Source of the DNA: Botryllus schlosseri
Taxonomy: Eukaryota
Reading direction: 5' to 3'
DNA length: 64,000 nt
Assembly (NCBI GenBank): GCA_051294905.1
Contig: CM119372.1
Coordinates: forward strand, 12,092,001 to 12,156,000
The notes below the pieces were generated by a model. That model had not been told where the DNA came from, searched no databases, and was given only the letters and a program-made list of their open reading frames with translations. How positions within the stretch are numbered: the stretch's first letter is position 1; each line of letters begins with the position of its first letter. Both the position numbers and the translations under genes were made by a program. Below are positions 13,951 to 25,425 of this stretch, in pieces.

Positions 13951-14157
13951 GTTGGGGTGAGGGTCACGATACTCTCAACTCAGGCCTAATATCCGTCACC
14001 CCCAACACTAATCTAGTAATATGCTTACCACAACTTTAACCTTGACCCACCTCCAACCCAAATATTCCTCTCTTCCGTTCCAAAATGCGTGCACAGTACA
14101 TGGATACTTTGCCTGAAACATGTCAGCCAACGTAAAAATTAAACTTATTACATATAT

Positions 14158-14400
14158 CAGTGGCGGACAACATCCGGCCCGCGAAGGGATTTTGAGCGGC
14201 CCGCCGAGAGTTTCCGGTCGTACATGATAATGTGGCCCGCGGCCGGAGAAAGAGGGCCATGAAACTAGTTTTTCTGTTCAGGTCTACGTACATCTGCGAA
14301 CAAACATTTTTGACCATGAAACGAACAGACAAAACTGCGTTCCAATCTAACTGATGCTCATATGCCGTCTTTAATAAGGGTTCTTCGTCCGACATGCAGC
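14158..14400 (+). mobile_element. hAT (Charlie/GTF2IRD2-like) fragment
   Basis: CAGTGGCGGACAAC end, GGCCCGC motifs, and frame FRSTYICEQTFLTMK matching the hAT C-terminal motif FGSTYxCEQxFS. Confidence 0.65.
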
Positions 14401-14461
14401 TATAGAGTTCAAAGAGCTACATTTTTTAAATATTGTCTCTGGTGATAGTATCGAGGACACG

Positions 14462-14830
14462 TCAGTAGGAAATGTTCGACAGTTTCTCTGGTACGCTGCA
14501 CGTTTCGCAGAGACCACTGTCGTGACAACTCATGCGGTGGAGGTGATAGTTCAATTTACAGTGTCCAGTTTGTAGTCGCAATATAATGGACGATTCCCTT
14601 CGCGATAAATTTCGTGGACGGGGAATGCATGAGAATAGTGTGTGTAAACGTACGTAGAGTCTTGCTGGATGCCGTTTAATTCCGTCATCCACTTCTCAAT
14701 ACATATTCCATTGGTGTGTGACTTCATTTCGGCAAGTGACAGAATGATTTCGTTTTCGTCGTTGGATCCAGGTGTGCTAGCTGCGAGTTTTGCGAGTTCA
14801 TCCGCCCTTTCAATGCCACGTATTCCCTAC
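14462..14830 (-). mobile_element. Decayed RNase H-bearing LINE (I-group) ORF2 C-terminal fragment
   Basis: Minus strand reads GIRGIERADELAKLAAS (RNase H GIxGNExADxLAK motif), then RRESSIILRLQTGHCKLNYHLHRM...CETCSVPE (RLxTGH plus zinc-knuckle region). Confidence 0.8.
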
Positions 14831-15434
14831 ATCTAAAATTATCCGCCAAAATAGAGAATAGAATACGAAACCTTAGATAGTTGAAACGAAGTGATATGAT
14901 GCACTACCCAATTACATATCCATGGGATACAATTTAAGCCTGCGCTAATGGTTGACAAGTAGCCTAATATAAACTATATTCAAATTCAATTTAAATCATA
15001 CCAAGGCTTGGTTAAGTTGAGCACCGGGTACCAATGATCAGTCTATATAACAGAGATGGATACTTAGCTATTATATTGCTTTCCTGTTAGTTATAACAAC
15101 AACGAACGCTGTAAGCTCTAATCGGTTCGTTTGTGGTAAATTTATTTGTGATAGAACAATGGAGGTTCAGTAAAACGCGAAATCATTCATTGAATGAAAT
15201 TGGTCGTTCTCACAGGTCACACGAGCGTATCGAAAACAATCCGAACATATGAAAGATACAGATATCGACACAAAATATTTGATGACTTGAAATTTACTCG
15301 TAAATTTTGCTCCGAGTCACGAGTCAATCTGCATTTTTGAAACGTCGAGTCAAGTCAAGTCAAGTCAGTTTTGCAAAGTGACTCGAGTCAAGTCAAGTCA
15401 TTCGAAAAAGGTGACTCGAGTCATCCCAACACTG
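14830..15434. mobile_element. Partial copy of the 10278-11146 MITE
   Basis: Colinear similarity to 10600-11146, ending ATCCCAACACTG. Confidence 0.75.
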
Positions 15435-15437
15435 GTG

Positions 15438-16285
15438 CAGAGTTGGTCAAAGTAGTCAAGAAAGATACTAGTGTAGAAGTAGAAGTAGCGAAGAAAAAAT
15501 CTACTCAAGTACGAGTAGAAGTAGAATTGGCTGACTTCAAATCTACTCAAGTAAGTAAGTAGTTGTGAAAATGATCGTAATTCGTTCGCATGGATTGTCA
15601 AAAGCTGCAAATTGAGCTATGCGAAAGGTGCAGAGCTTGATTCATATTGATGCATACCAGGAGTTATCCAATTTTCGACAGCATAAGCATTCGTCCACAT
15701 CATGGGATGAAAACGATAGTATTGATATCGAAATGCGACGCTAATCCTCTGTTTACTCGAAAAGCCCATTTTAGAAAATATCATGGTATGACGTCCTCCC
15801 CCATACTATAAGGCTCGTAATTTAGAGCAATACCGAAAAGTTATATCGGATACGGTATGAACACTTTGCGCCAATAAAACGTTAATAAAAAATATGGTGG
15901 TTCGTAAAAATGCCATATTGCGTAGCTTTATTTCCGGAAAATAAAGACGTTACTACAATTGCTTTTATACTTCAACATGTATGTTCTCCAGACAAAAGAA
16001 CTGAAACTAATTAGAACACAAAGTATGATACTGCGAATTAAAAGAGAAATTTGAATATTACTTCTAAAAAGCGGAAAATATATTTCTCTGGAGATCTTTC
16101 TGATAGCAGGATTAAACTACTTCTACTCGACAAAATGAAAAGAGCGAAAAGTGAGTAAATAGATCACAAAATATTACGAAGTAGAAGTAGCAGAAATCAG
16201 ATTTACTTGAGTAAGTACCGCAAGTAGCGGAAAACTACTTGAGTACTTCGAAAAAGTAGAAGTACTTCGTTACTGACCGCCTCTG
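15438..16285. mobile_element. hAT MITE ('AGTAG/CTACT' family), inverted, internally deleted copy
   Basis: Reverse complement of the 6500-7742 ends; CAGAGTTGGTCA...TGACCGCCTCTG. Confidence 0.85.
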
Positions 16286-16882
16286 CGCCGAAGCCGCTGT
16301 CTTGGACACAGGCGAATAGCTTATTCCGAAACAAAACAACAGCACCCCTGGTATAGTGCAAAACGAGCCAAGCTTGGTGTACAGACGTTAAACATTCTCA
16401 TGCTTATGGAAATGCACTGTGATTTGATATAAACTGAACTTGGTTTTTGCTGTAATTCTTCCTAATTCATAATTTCATTCAATTTCCAAGTTTTCGCGAA
16501 TTCAGTAATTCTAATTCTAATCTAATTTGGAAAAAGCTTTTCATTATATCGGAATCTTGTGATGTATTAATTTGATCAAAAATGTTAATAAAATGATGTC
16601 CGACGATCATTACGATTAGTACTTTTCGTACGTCCCTTTTCTACTCCCACTTGAAGTAGATTTGATGACAATACTTCGAAATGGATACCACTTGTACCTA
16701 CTTTTGAAAAAATTTACGTCGCTACTGGTAATTCTACTTGAGCAGTATCAGTTTATTAATATTTTCATCATTTCAAAACACCGGAGCGGATCACTAGATA
16801 GGAATTTCAATTATTTGCTCATCTGTGATTATGTTAGAGAGAGAGAAAGAGAGTCAAAGAGTCAGCCCACTATAGTTGCTAT

Positions 16883-18171
16883 CAGAGGTGGTCAGTAACG
16901 AAGTACTTCTACTTTTTCGAAGTACTCAAGTAGTTTTCCTCTACTTCTGGTACTTACTCAAGTAGATCTGAATTTCACTACTTCTACTTCTACTTCGTAA
17001 AATTTTGTGATCTACTTACTTACTTTTCGCTATTTTCAGTTTGTCAAGTAGAAGTAGTTTAATCCTCCAATCAGGAAGATAGCCTGAGAAATTTCGGGGC
17101 TGTTTACACGGAGAATCGACATTTAATTTTCATAAAAGTTGAGTTAAGCCCAGAATTTTCGTCGCGCCTCGCGCGCGCTGAATGCGGAGTGTCCAGTATG
17201 ATTTCACGAAAGTATCGGCGAACGTAATTTAGGTAGCGGGTTGGCGTGGTTCCGTTCATACCGCATTGTCGCCCTTCGCCATATGAAATATTTCATCACA
17301 GTATATATGGCTTATCATAACGTTTGTAAATGATGTTTCGCAATCTAGCATTTACTTATCATATCGTAATCTAGCTGTCCATGGCGAGTCCTAATCTGAA
17401 AAAGTGGACTCTGACTTCTTTTCTAGTTTTAGAGCTGTTTTAGCATATCAACCTTCGAAACTTCCCGGACTAAAGACTTTATATACATGTTCAATTTTTA
17501 GATTAATATTTCACTTTCAATACCCAATACCATATATTTTGTTTTCTAATTAACATCAGTTCTTTTGTCTCGATAACCTGCATGTTGAAGTATAAAAGCA
17601 AGTGTAGTAAAGCCTTCAATTTCCAGAAATAAAGCTACAGAATATAGCATTTTTACGGTCCACCATATTTTTATTAACGTTTACTAATCTCACAAAGTGT
17701 TTACACCGTATCCAACACAACATCTCCGTATTGCTCTTCGACTAAAGTACAGGCCTTGTAATATGGGAGAGTGCGCAATACCATGATATTTTCTAAAAAC
17801 GTACTCTTTGAGTAAACAGAGGATTAGTATCGCATTTCCATATCAATACTATCATTTTCATCCCATGATGTGGACGAAAGCTTATGCTATCGAAAATTGG
17901 ATACCTGCTGGTATGCATCAATATGAATCAAGCTCGTCACCTTTCGCATAGCTCAATTTGCACCTTTTTGCAATCCACGTGAACGAATTAGGATCGTTTT
18001 CACAACTACTTACTTACTTGAGTACTTTTAAAGTCAGCCAATTCTACTTCTACTTCAAGTAGTTTTAGGTTGCTCATGAAAGAAGTACTTCTACTCGTAC
18101 TTGAGTAGATTTTTTCGTCGCTACTTCTACTTCTACTTGAGTAGCTTTCTTGACTACTTTGACCACCTCTG
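16883..18171. mobile_element. hAT MITE ('AGTAG/CTACT' family), copy 3
   Basis: TIR CAGAGGTGGTCA...TGACCACCTCTG; perfect TSD GTTGCTAT. Degenerate relatives near 36878-37125, 43440-43665, 47833-48000, 48457-48875 and 56410-56825. Confidence 0.9.
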
Positions 18172-18189
18172 GTTGCTATTTAGTTGCTA

Positions 18190-18510
18190 ATGAACCAATG
18201 ATAGTTTACCGGACCACCCACGACCTGAGATATCGATCTACCTTCCGACACATGACACCTCTTTTTGTCGCCCGTCCTTTTATATTATCTTATTTTACTT
18301 TTCATTCAGTGTGGATTTTGCATGTGAAATGTGAATGCCTCCTTTTTTACATCGCCTAGCTAGGCCCTAGGCCAGGTGGGTGTCTGATTTCGAAGACTAG
18401 GCTACTCCAAGTCGTTTCGAAGCCTGCCTGCCTGCCTTCACTCCTATCATTCATTGTATCGCAGTCTTGTGGTGTATTGAAATGATGAAATTGTTAAATT
18501 GAATTGTTAA
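18190..18510 (+). mobile_element. 3' UTR of a 5'-truncated LINE (CR1/L2-group), dispersed family
   Basis: Homologous to 50140-50441 (-), 52400-52690, 20775-21012 and 57735-57869 + 59582-59650 (-). Confidence 0.7.
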
Positions 18511-18993
18511 CATTAATTGAATTGAGAAATGAGAACCGAAAGGCCGATATGGCTGAAGTCTTCAGGGCCGGAGTCATCCGCACATATTCGGTTGTAGTAA
18601 ATCACTTTCTTCCATCAGTTAAATAGGAACATCAGCGAGCATAGAGACGAATACATAAACAATTAAAGATAGCCTAAATCAGTATTATTATTGATATGAA
18701 GGAGCTTCCGTTGAGACACTGTGATGTGTGTAGCATGGCAGACAATAACTTTTGACCAAAGTACACAGCTAGTGTTGATATGTTCAACGTCAGGTTTAAC
18801 ATTGAGTCCTTTACCCAGCATCAAATTATTTGCCTTTTTCTCGGGGTAATAAATACATCGATTAATAACCATATTTATTTATAAAAAATATACCATGCAA
18901 ATGTATTTTACCTCTGACCTTTACAGTCTGCCGGACTGCATGGTTGACTGCTCAAGACAGAGATGAGGGGATTTGAAATTTCTATGTCCTAAC

Positions 18994-19400
18994 CAGAGAT
19001 GAGCGGATTTGAAATTTCTATGTCCTAATCCAATCCAAATCCAAATCCTAATCCATAACTTTTTCATATTCAAGTCCATGTCCAATCCTAATCCGATTCC
19101 AACTGGAAATTCAGAAAAAATACTAATTTATGCAATGAAGGGATTCGAAAATTTTCTTTCACAACCAACGATTCACTTGATTCAAGATAACTTAGTAACC
19201 ATAAGTACATTAATAACTGATCTTAATAAAGTTTGTCGCCATTCGCCACACGGCATTTCAATCTCCCAGAAAATAGGTAAATCCAATCCAAATCCTAATC
19301 CGTTCTGAAAAAAATGTCTAATCCAAATCCAATCCAAATCCGACAAAATTTCACAAATCCTGTTTTTTCAAAACCTAATCCTAATCCATGCTCATCTCTG
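18994..19400. mobile_element. hAT MITE ('AATCC' family) nested in a copy of its own family (outer copy ~18958-19805)
   Basis: TIR CAGAGATGAGC...GCTCATCTCTG; perfect TSD GTCCTAAC. Confidence 0.85.
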
Positions 19401-19945
19401 GTCCTAACCCAATCTAAATCCGAAGCTTCAAATCCTAATCCTAAACCTAATCCAGAAATTTTGGGTATTCCAGTCCTAATTCATATCCTAATCAGATTCA
19501 AACTTGGAATTCCACTTAGAAAGCAAATATTTCCGTGAAAAGAAATAAAACGCATGGTGAGTGCCAAATTACATGAAGTAACTTTGGTAGGACGAGACAC
19601 GTTGTCGCCATTCGCCACATTCTTCCGAATGATCTTCTGAATGAATACTAGTCAGCCCTCACCATTTACGGGACCACGACCTGACATATCGATCTCGCCT
19701 TCCCTCACTTGCCACTATGTATTATCTTCTTGTCAGTGGTGGCTTTTGGGGTGGGCGAGCTGGGCGGTCCGGTTTACCCAAATCCTAATCCTAATCCATA
19801 CTCAGGAAGTGGTCGGATTCCCAAATTTTAGTATAATAATTTATCCGGCTCGGCTGGTAATTGGAAATTCAGAGTCCGAAAAATGCTGCGAAAATCCTGC
19901 TATTTTTTTTATATTTTTAGTGAAAATATCCTGCTGAAATCCGAT

Positions 19946-20300
19946 CGCGGGGGAGATAGTGTGGTGGTTGCGGTAAGCGCTCACCAATCTGACGGACTGC
20001 GTTCGATTCCCGTCGGAGGTTTATCTGGGCTCCTCTTCCCCGCTGTTGCCGTTCTTACGGCGACAAAAAAGCCCAGTAAAAGACCCGACGAAAGAAAGCA
20101 CTCATAAGGAATGGAAAGAACAAGTAGAAACGGCCGCGGCTTCAAAAAAGATCTGTGACAACGGGCACCCTAGGTCGAAGTGTATGTTAGAGTAAAGGAT
20201 CGCTACCCATGCATGTCGTTCGACATCCTCCTATCTGTTCATGACATCGCATTGTGTCTTATCGCATTGTACATTGTGTGTGACTTGTTCAGATAAAAAT
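19946..20300 (+). mobile_element. tRNA-derived SINE-like element
   Basis: A-box-like TAGTGTGGTGG (19957) and B-box GTTCGATTCC (20001); no complete cloverleaf; 3' tail resembles the LINE-type tails elsewhere in the window. Confidence 0.55.
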
Positions 20301-20553
20301 TATATCCCAACGATGTTATGTTACGTCAAAGCAAATTCCAAATCCGGATCCAGTCCGGCTACGTCAACATCGATGAAATCCTGCTCTGGCTCTGGATTGT
20401 GGCCATCTGCATAAGTGTCATAAGCACTGAGCTATATAAGTGACCGACTGACTCTCTTCGCATCACGAACGAAGCTTATATTCAAAGAAATCCTCGATAA
20501 TACTTCGCACGTGACGACATCTAGCGAATATTCTTTTGCAGTGCCTGCCTGCA

Positions 20554-21233
20554 GTGGAAAAGCCGACAATGAAAAAAGCTAGCGCAAAAATTCACGATGT
20601 CAGCGGTATCGGCGAAGTCAGCGAAGTCACCGGTGTCAAAATATACTTTCAAAATGTAATGATATATTTTGGCAATTTCACGATGTACGACTGTTGAGGT
20701 TGGGTAAAGTTGGGTTAAGCTAAGTGATGGGTGAATTTGGTTAAGTTAAGCTTTTGGATGAGTTAAGGTGTCGTAGCCTAGGCCAAGGTGGGTGTCAGAT
20801 TCCAGACTACTCCTTGTCGCTTCGACATCTTCCTGTCTTTTCATAGTATCGCATTTTTTGTGGTGTATTGAACTGATAAAATTGCTAATAAACCAATGAT
20901 GATGACTCAGTTATAGCAATAATAAAACGGAGCCCAGTTCTTTCCTTTTCATTGTATCGCATTTTTTGTGGTGTATTGAACTGATAAAATTGCTAATAAA
21001 CCAATGATGATGAGGTATAGCTATTATTGACCTTATCTTAACCTACCCAAAATCCTAGCCAGACCAAACTTGCCCTCTTAATTAACCTATCAAAGTTCAT
21101 CCAACCCTTGAAAATAACATATCGTGACATCAACCGAGTATATTATTTCATCGCCAAAGTAGACTATATGGTGACATCGCCAAAGTATACACTGACATCG
21201 CTGACATCGTCGACATCGCCAATATATTTCCAC
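20554..21233. mobile_element. Degenerate inverted-repeat element (GCGATGTC/GACATCGC arms, GGTTA/TAACC core) interrupted by a LINE 3' tail
   Basis: Left arm is rich in CGATGTCA/CGAAGTCA and GGTTAAG; right arm is rich in TAACC and TGACATCG; ends GTGGAAA...TTTCCAC. Confidence 0.5.
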
Positions 21234-21684
21234 CCAAAAAGGTTTATGTCAGATTGCCAGTCCATTGTTCCCTCCAGGCTCTAGTCACACAGAATGGAGT
21301 GATTTAGCGTCTTGGGAGTCGGCGGGCAGATTGACATATATATTTCCCCTTGCAATAGGTACAATGTAGATTGTCAAATTATGACTTACTGTTGCTTTAG
21401 TATTTGCGGTGATGTATAAACTGGTTACCAGTATGATTCTTCTCAGACTATAGTCGGGTCGAAGGAGTCTTTCATCAATATTTACTAGTTGGGTACTATC
21501 AGGTCATAGAAGAAGGAATGGAATATCAAATGAAGAATCAAGTTACCCTGACTGACTGATATTTAATGTTTATCTAGGGTACAAGTACATATTTATTTCA
21601 TTCATCAATTTGATTGATTGAATTTGATGAATATTGATGATTTGGCTGGAGGGATCGTATACCTCCTACTAGTCCAATGTTAGG

Positions 21685-21912
21685 TAGGGTTACCATACGT
21701 CCTCCTTTTTCAGGTTTTTGAAAATGTCCTCCGAGGACGCCTAAATGTCTCCTTTTTGTGAATTCATCCTCCTTTACATCTTTTAGAGCTATGAAATTGC
21801 TAATAAACCAATGATGATAAATGACACAGTCGCTTAATAGGAAATTCGTGGTCCGAACAAAAGTCACAACCTTTTACAAAATCGGGAAAAATTCCAAAAT
21901 ATAGTAACCCTA
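21685..21912. mobile_element. Short hAT MITE related to the 'GAGGAC' family
   Basis: TAGGGTTACCATA...TATAGTAACCCTA; perfect TSD ATGTTAGG. Confidence 0.85.
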
Positions 21913-22569
21913 ATGTTAGGACTAGCTAACATGAGGGAAGTAATCTTTTGATACCCGCATTGGCATATTTAATACCCGGGTTGGAATCCCGGTACGTTTA
22001 GCGTAATATATTTAGTGTGCCAAGACGATCCCTATCGTCATACTTGTGTTCTGTGAGTAGTATCTGCAGTGTGCACGAGACACCAATTCCATATTGGTTT
22101 ATTACATTGCTTGCTTGGTGCCAGCAACCTAACCCAAGGAAGTAAGCTGTATTAAAGTCTAAAACAGTGATTTGGGCACATGAATTTCAGAAACTTGATC
22201 AACTATATTGTGGTATTCAGTTCGAATTGTTTCGTTCGGTTGTTTCATTTGAGTTAGAAAGTAGGCTACCAAATATGCCTTCTTGACAGGACATACTTGC
22301 TGCGCTTGCACATCATGTTATATTATATTACACACAGTGTAATCAAAAACTTGTAGTTAACAATTAACATTCATTGTTTTAAGGCCTGTATGGACCAACT
22401 TCAGGCTACTTTCCATAATCTATACGTCACTCGCTCCACACTGTAGGTGTCCAACAACATAGAAAAGAACGACTCTCGCCTGGTCCTTGATAACCAGTCA
22501 TTGAATATGTGTCCTGTGTACCAATATGGACGTTTGAAGAGCTTCTTGGAGGTACAGAACTTCAATATA

Positions 22570-22790
22570 CAATTAAATAGTATATTCATATTGAAATCAA
22601 CCCGAATATTTTCGGCTGACACTCGTCAGGGGTAATCGTCAGCAACTAGTAGAGAATTGGAAAGAACATTGTATATCAACAATCGTATCACAAAATATGA
22701 CGTCACCAGCATGAAATTTCGAATGAGAGAGCGTTCAATGTACTATTTTTAGGTGATACACGAACTTCTTTTGTTGACAGACGTTGTGGA
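22570..22790. repeat. Dispersed repeat, second copy at ~45558-45770
   Basis: Near-identical ~200 bp including CCCGAATATTTTCGGCTGACACTCGTCAG. Confidence 0.75.
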
Positions 22791-23854
22791 TCATGTAAGC
22801 CAACTTATTTAATGTTGTCTAAAATTAGGTCATAAAAATTGAATCAGTATATTAATATGTATAATCAGTATTGTTTGCGCCTTGCACTAGAGTAGGGGTT
22901 AAACCCGCTCAGAGGCCAAACGCCAGACGCCAAACGCCGAGCGGCGGCCGAATGTCTATACGGCGTTTGGCGTCTAGTTTTCTGAGACGCCAAGTAGCTA
23001 TACGGCGTTTGGCGTCTGATATGGTGAGACGCCGAGTAGCTATACGGCGTTTGGCGTCTGCTATGTTCAGACGCCGAGTAGCTATACGGCGTTCGGCGTC
23101 GGGTATGTTGAGACGCCGAGTAGCTATACGGCGTTTGGCGTCTAGGTAAACTGAGCAGAGGCTAAATCCTTTCATGGCGCGACTATCAAGTTCCCGCAAC
23201 TATATGATACCGAAGATCCATATTGTCACATTTTTTTCATAATAAGCGTTGGCAGAATCCCAAATGATGGTATGTTCAGATTCAAAAAAGACCTACTTGA
23301 TCACCTCCTGTCGTTATACTACTAACTCGACTCACAATTTTTTTGCTGACCTGAGTTATTTTCATAAAAATGGATTTACTCATTCTATGGCTTATCCAAG
23401 AATGGTATATCACGACTAATAAATGAAAAATAGGCCCTAAACCTGCCTTTTATCTGTTACAATAAACATGTTCAGAGTGGGAAAAATGAACATATGAAAT
23501 ATCCGAGGCCTTCGATATCACCCCCGAGAGTTCCATAGAAGTGACCTAAAGCTGAACTGGATGGGGGAACATTAAACACCATGACTTGGACTCAACCCAT
23601 TGCTCTCGGACTTGACTCGGCGTGAATTGAAAATGTCTCAAGTCAAATTGACTTGGTTACAACCCTGTCACCACCCCATATCAGTGTTGGGATGACTCGA
23701 GTCATGACTTGACTCAAGTCACTTTGCTAAAATGACTTGACTCGAGTGAGTCAAAATGTGCAATGACTCGTGACTCGAAGGTAGTGACTTGAACACAACA
23801 CTATAATTGTACACTCACAATGAATTTCAGACCCAAGTCTGTAGATACAGTATG

Positions 23855-24040
23855 TAATGAAACCACAATAAGAAATATGCAACGAATACCACAGTAAAAG
23901 TCATTAAGAAACAAGCAACGAAACCACAGAAAAAGTCACAAAGAAATAAGCAGTGGAACCACAGTAAACGTCATCGAGAAATCAGCAGTGGAACCACAGT
24001 AAAAATCACTATGAAACAAGCAACGAAACCACAGTAAAAT
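23855..24040. repeat. Minisatellite (~35-bp unit, about 5 copies)
   Basis: Repeated AAGAAAxAAGCAACGAAACCACAGTAAAAAGTCA-like units inside the 22890-26259 element. Confidence 0.75.
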
Positions 24041-24069
24041 GTCCCCAATAAATATATAAACATCAGAAT

Positions 24070-25425
24070 TTACTTCTGGGTACATAGCATGCAATAAAAA
24101 TCAGGATCAGGTATCTGCTGTCCCGGGCAACAGTGCTCGTGTGTCCATCGACCACAGCTATCACACGCAACCTGGAAACAAGTTAGAATCAATATACCTG
24201 ACAAATGTAATCTCGTAATTGCATAGGAAAGATGCGGTACCGATGGATCAAAAATCGCAAAATGATCTCTGGCCCTCAAATCTTCAGCCGAGGATATATC
24301 TTTGCTGGCTCAACACTTTGATCCAAGCTCTACGTATCTCGGAAATTTACAAGAATATCCGCTTTTTCAAAAAATATTTATGAACGTTCAAAATTTGTTG
24401 CTCGAACGCATCATTGGTCCCCACCCGGTAGGTCCAAAGGCACACGAGTGACACGACCATGGGACCTAAGAGATATACGTTCAAAAACTCAGATTTTTCA
24501 TATTGTTTTGTTGTGTAATATAATCTAAGCTACAGCAAGTCAATGAAGAATGTTTCGTCGCCACCTTCAAGAATAAAATAGATTATTTGATTATATCAAC
24601 TCAAATGTTGGAGTAAAATCACGTTTCGATTTACGCCCAAAATAACAAAATTATGGCACATTCATATTACCCGTAAATCGACATTTTGACTTCCAATTAC
24701 CTCGTTATAGCGATAAAACACCACAGGAAACTATGATTTGCAGCCTCTATATGTTTAGGCGTGTTTCTGTTGTTAAGTGATTAGTTGATTCAAACATTTT
24801 GCTTGATTTGGTTATGGTACCATAGGCCCCCCACCCTATAAATATTGGAATTTAATTCAAAATAGGCAACTCGAGGATGGTATTGAGTTAAAAAAGATGT
24901 GGCATTATATACCCTGATACAAGCCCTACACTTCACATTAAAAATAATGGCTGGTTTGTTAGTGTGAAAGATTCTGCCAGCATGCATTTGTAGACAAATT
25001 CGCGTACTGTAATCATGGGATTATCTCAGATAATATTTCAAGTATTTTCGGTCACACTGTCTCATCGGTACCACATCTCCCCTACCCATTTCATGTCTTT
25101 TTTCATTGGGTCTGGACTACTGCATTCAATGCAATAATCTCCCAATTCTTTTTCATCTGCATGCAAAACATACTACGTATTTTAAATGGTTTTAATCCAA
25201 CATTGACTAACATACCCGTCGCATCAAGCAAGATTTGACCAAACTGCTGGCGGTAGCTTTCGCAAGCTCGTCGAAAATGATCAAAATCCAGGTTTGCATC
25301 GGGTAGAGTTCGGCGGCCTATTACGTGAAAGTAGATTGCAAATCAATTTTCTCAAATCTCAATACGTGAACGCATCACAAACCTTCAAAGCAAGTACTCC
25401 ACAATTTCACCCATCTTTTGGAACA
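24070..25425 (-). pseudogene. Decayed spliced Ulp1/C48-protease + PHD-finger coding remnant; exons ~25425-25383, 25317-25216, 25156-25086, 24171-24070
   Basis: Spliced minus-strand reading PKDG*NCGVLALK | AAELY(frameshift)..DANLDFDHFRRACESYRQQFGQILLDAT | DEKELGDYCIECSSPDPMKKDMKW | VACDSCGRWTHEHCCPGQQIPDPDFYCMLCTQK*. Complete C4HC3 PHD pattern; Ulp1-type DGxNCG motif interrupted by TGA. Confidence 0.78.
24226..25082. mobile_element. TA-flanked MITE inside the PHD intron
   Basis: Imperfect TIR GGAAAGATGCGGTACCGATG / CATCGGTACCACATCTCCCC with TA on both sides (24224-25, 25083-84). Confidence 0.7.

Noticed and set aside
19946..20020. Possible tRNA gene (likewise 50822-50895)
   Set aside because: A and B boxes are present but acceptor and anticodon stems do not close, and each continues into a SINE-like body and tail.
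22871..23199. ORFs with RRLAS / DAKRRIA repeats
   Set aside because: They coincide with the tandem-repeat arm of the foldback element and are open on both strands because of the repeat.
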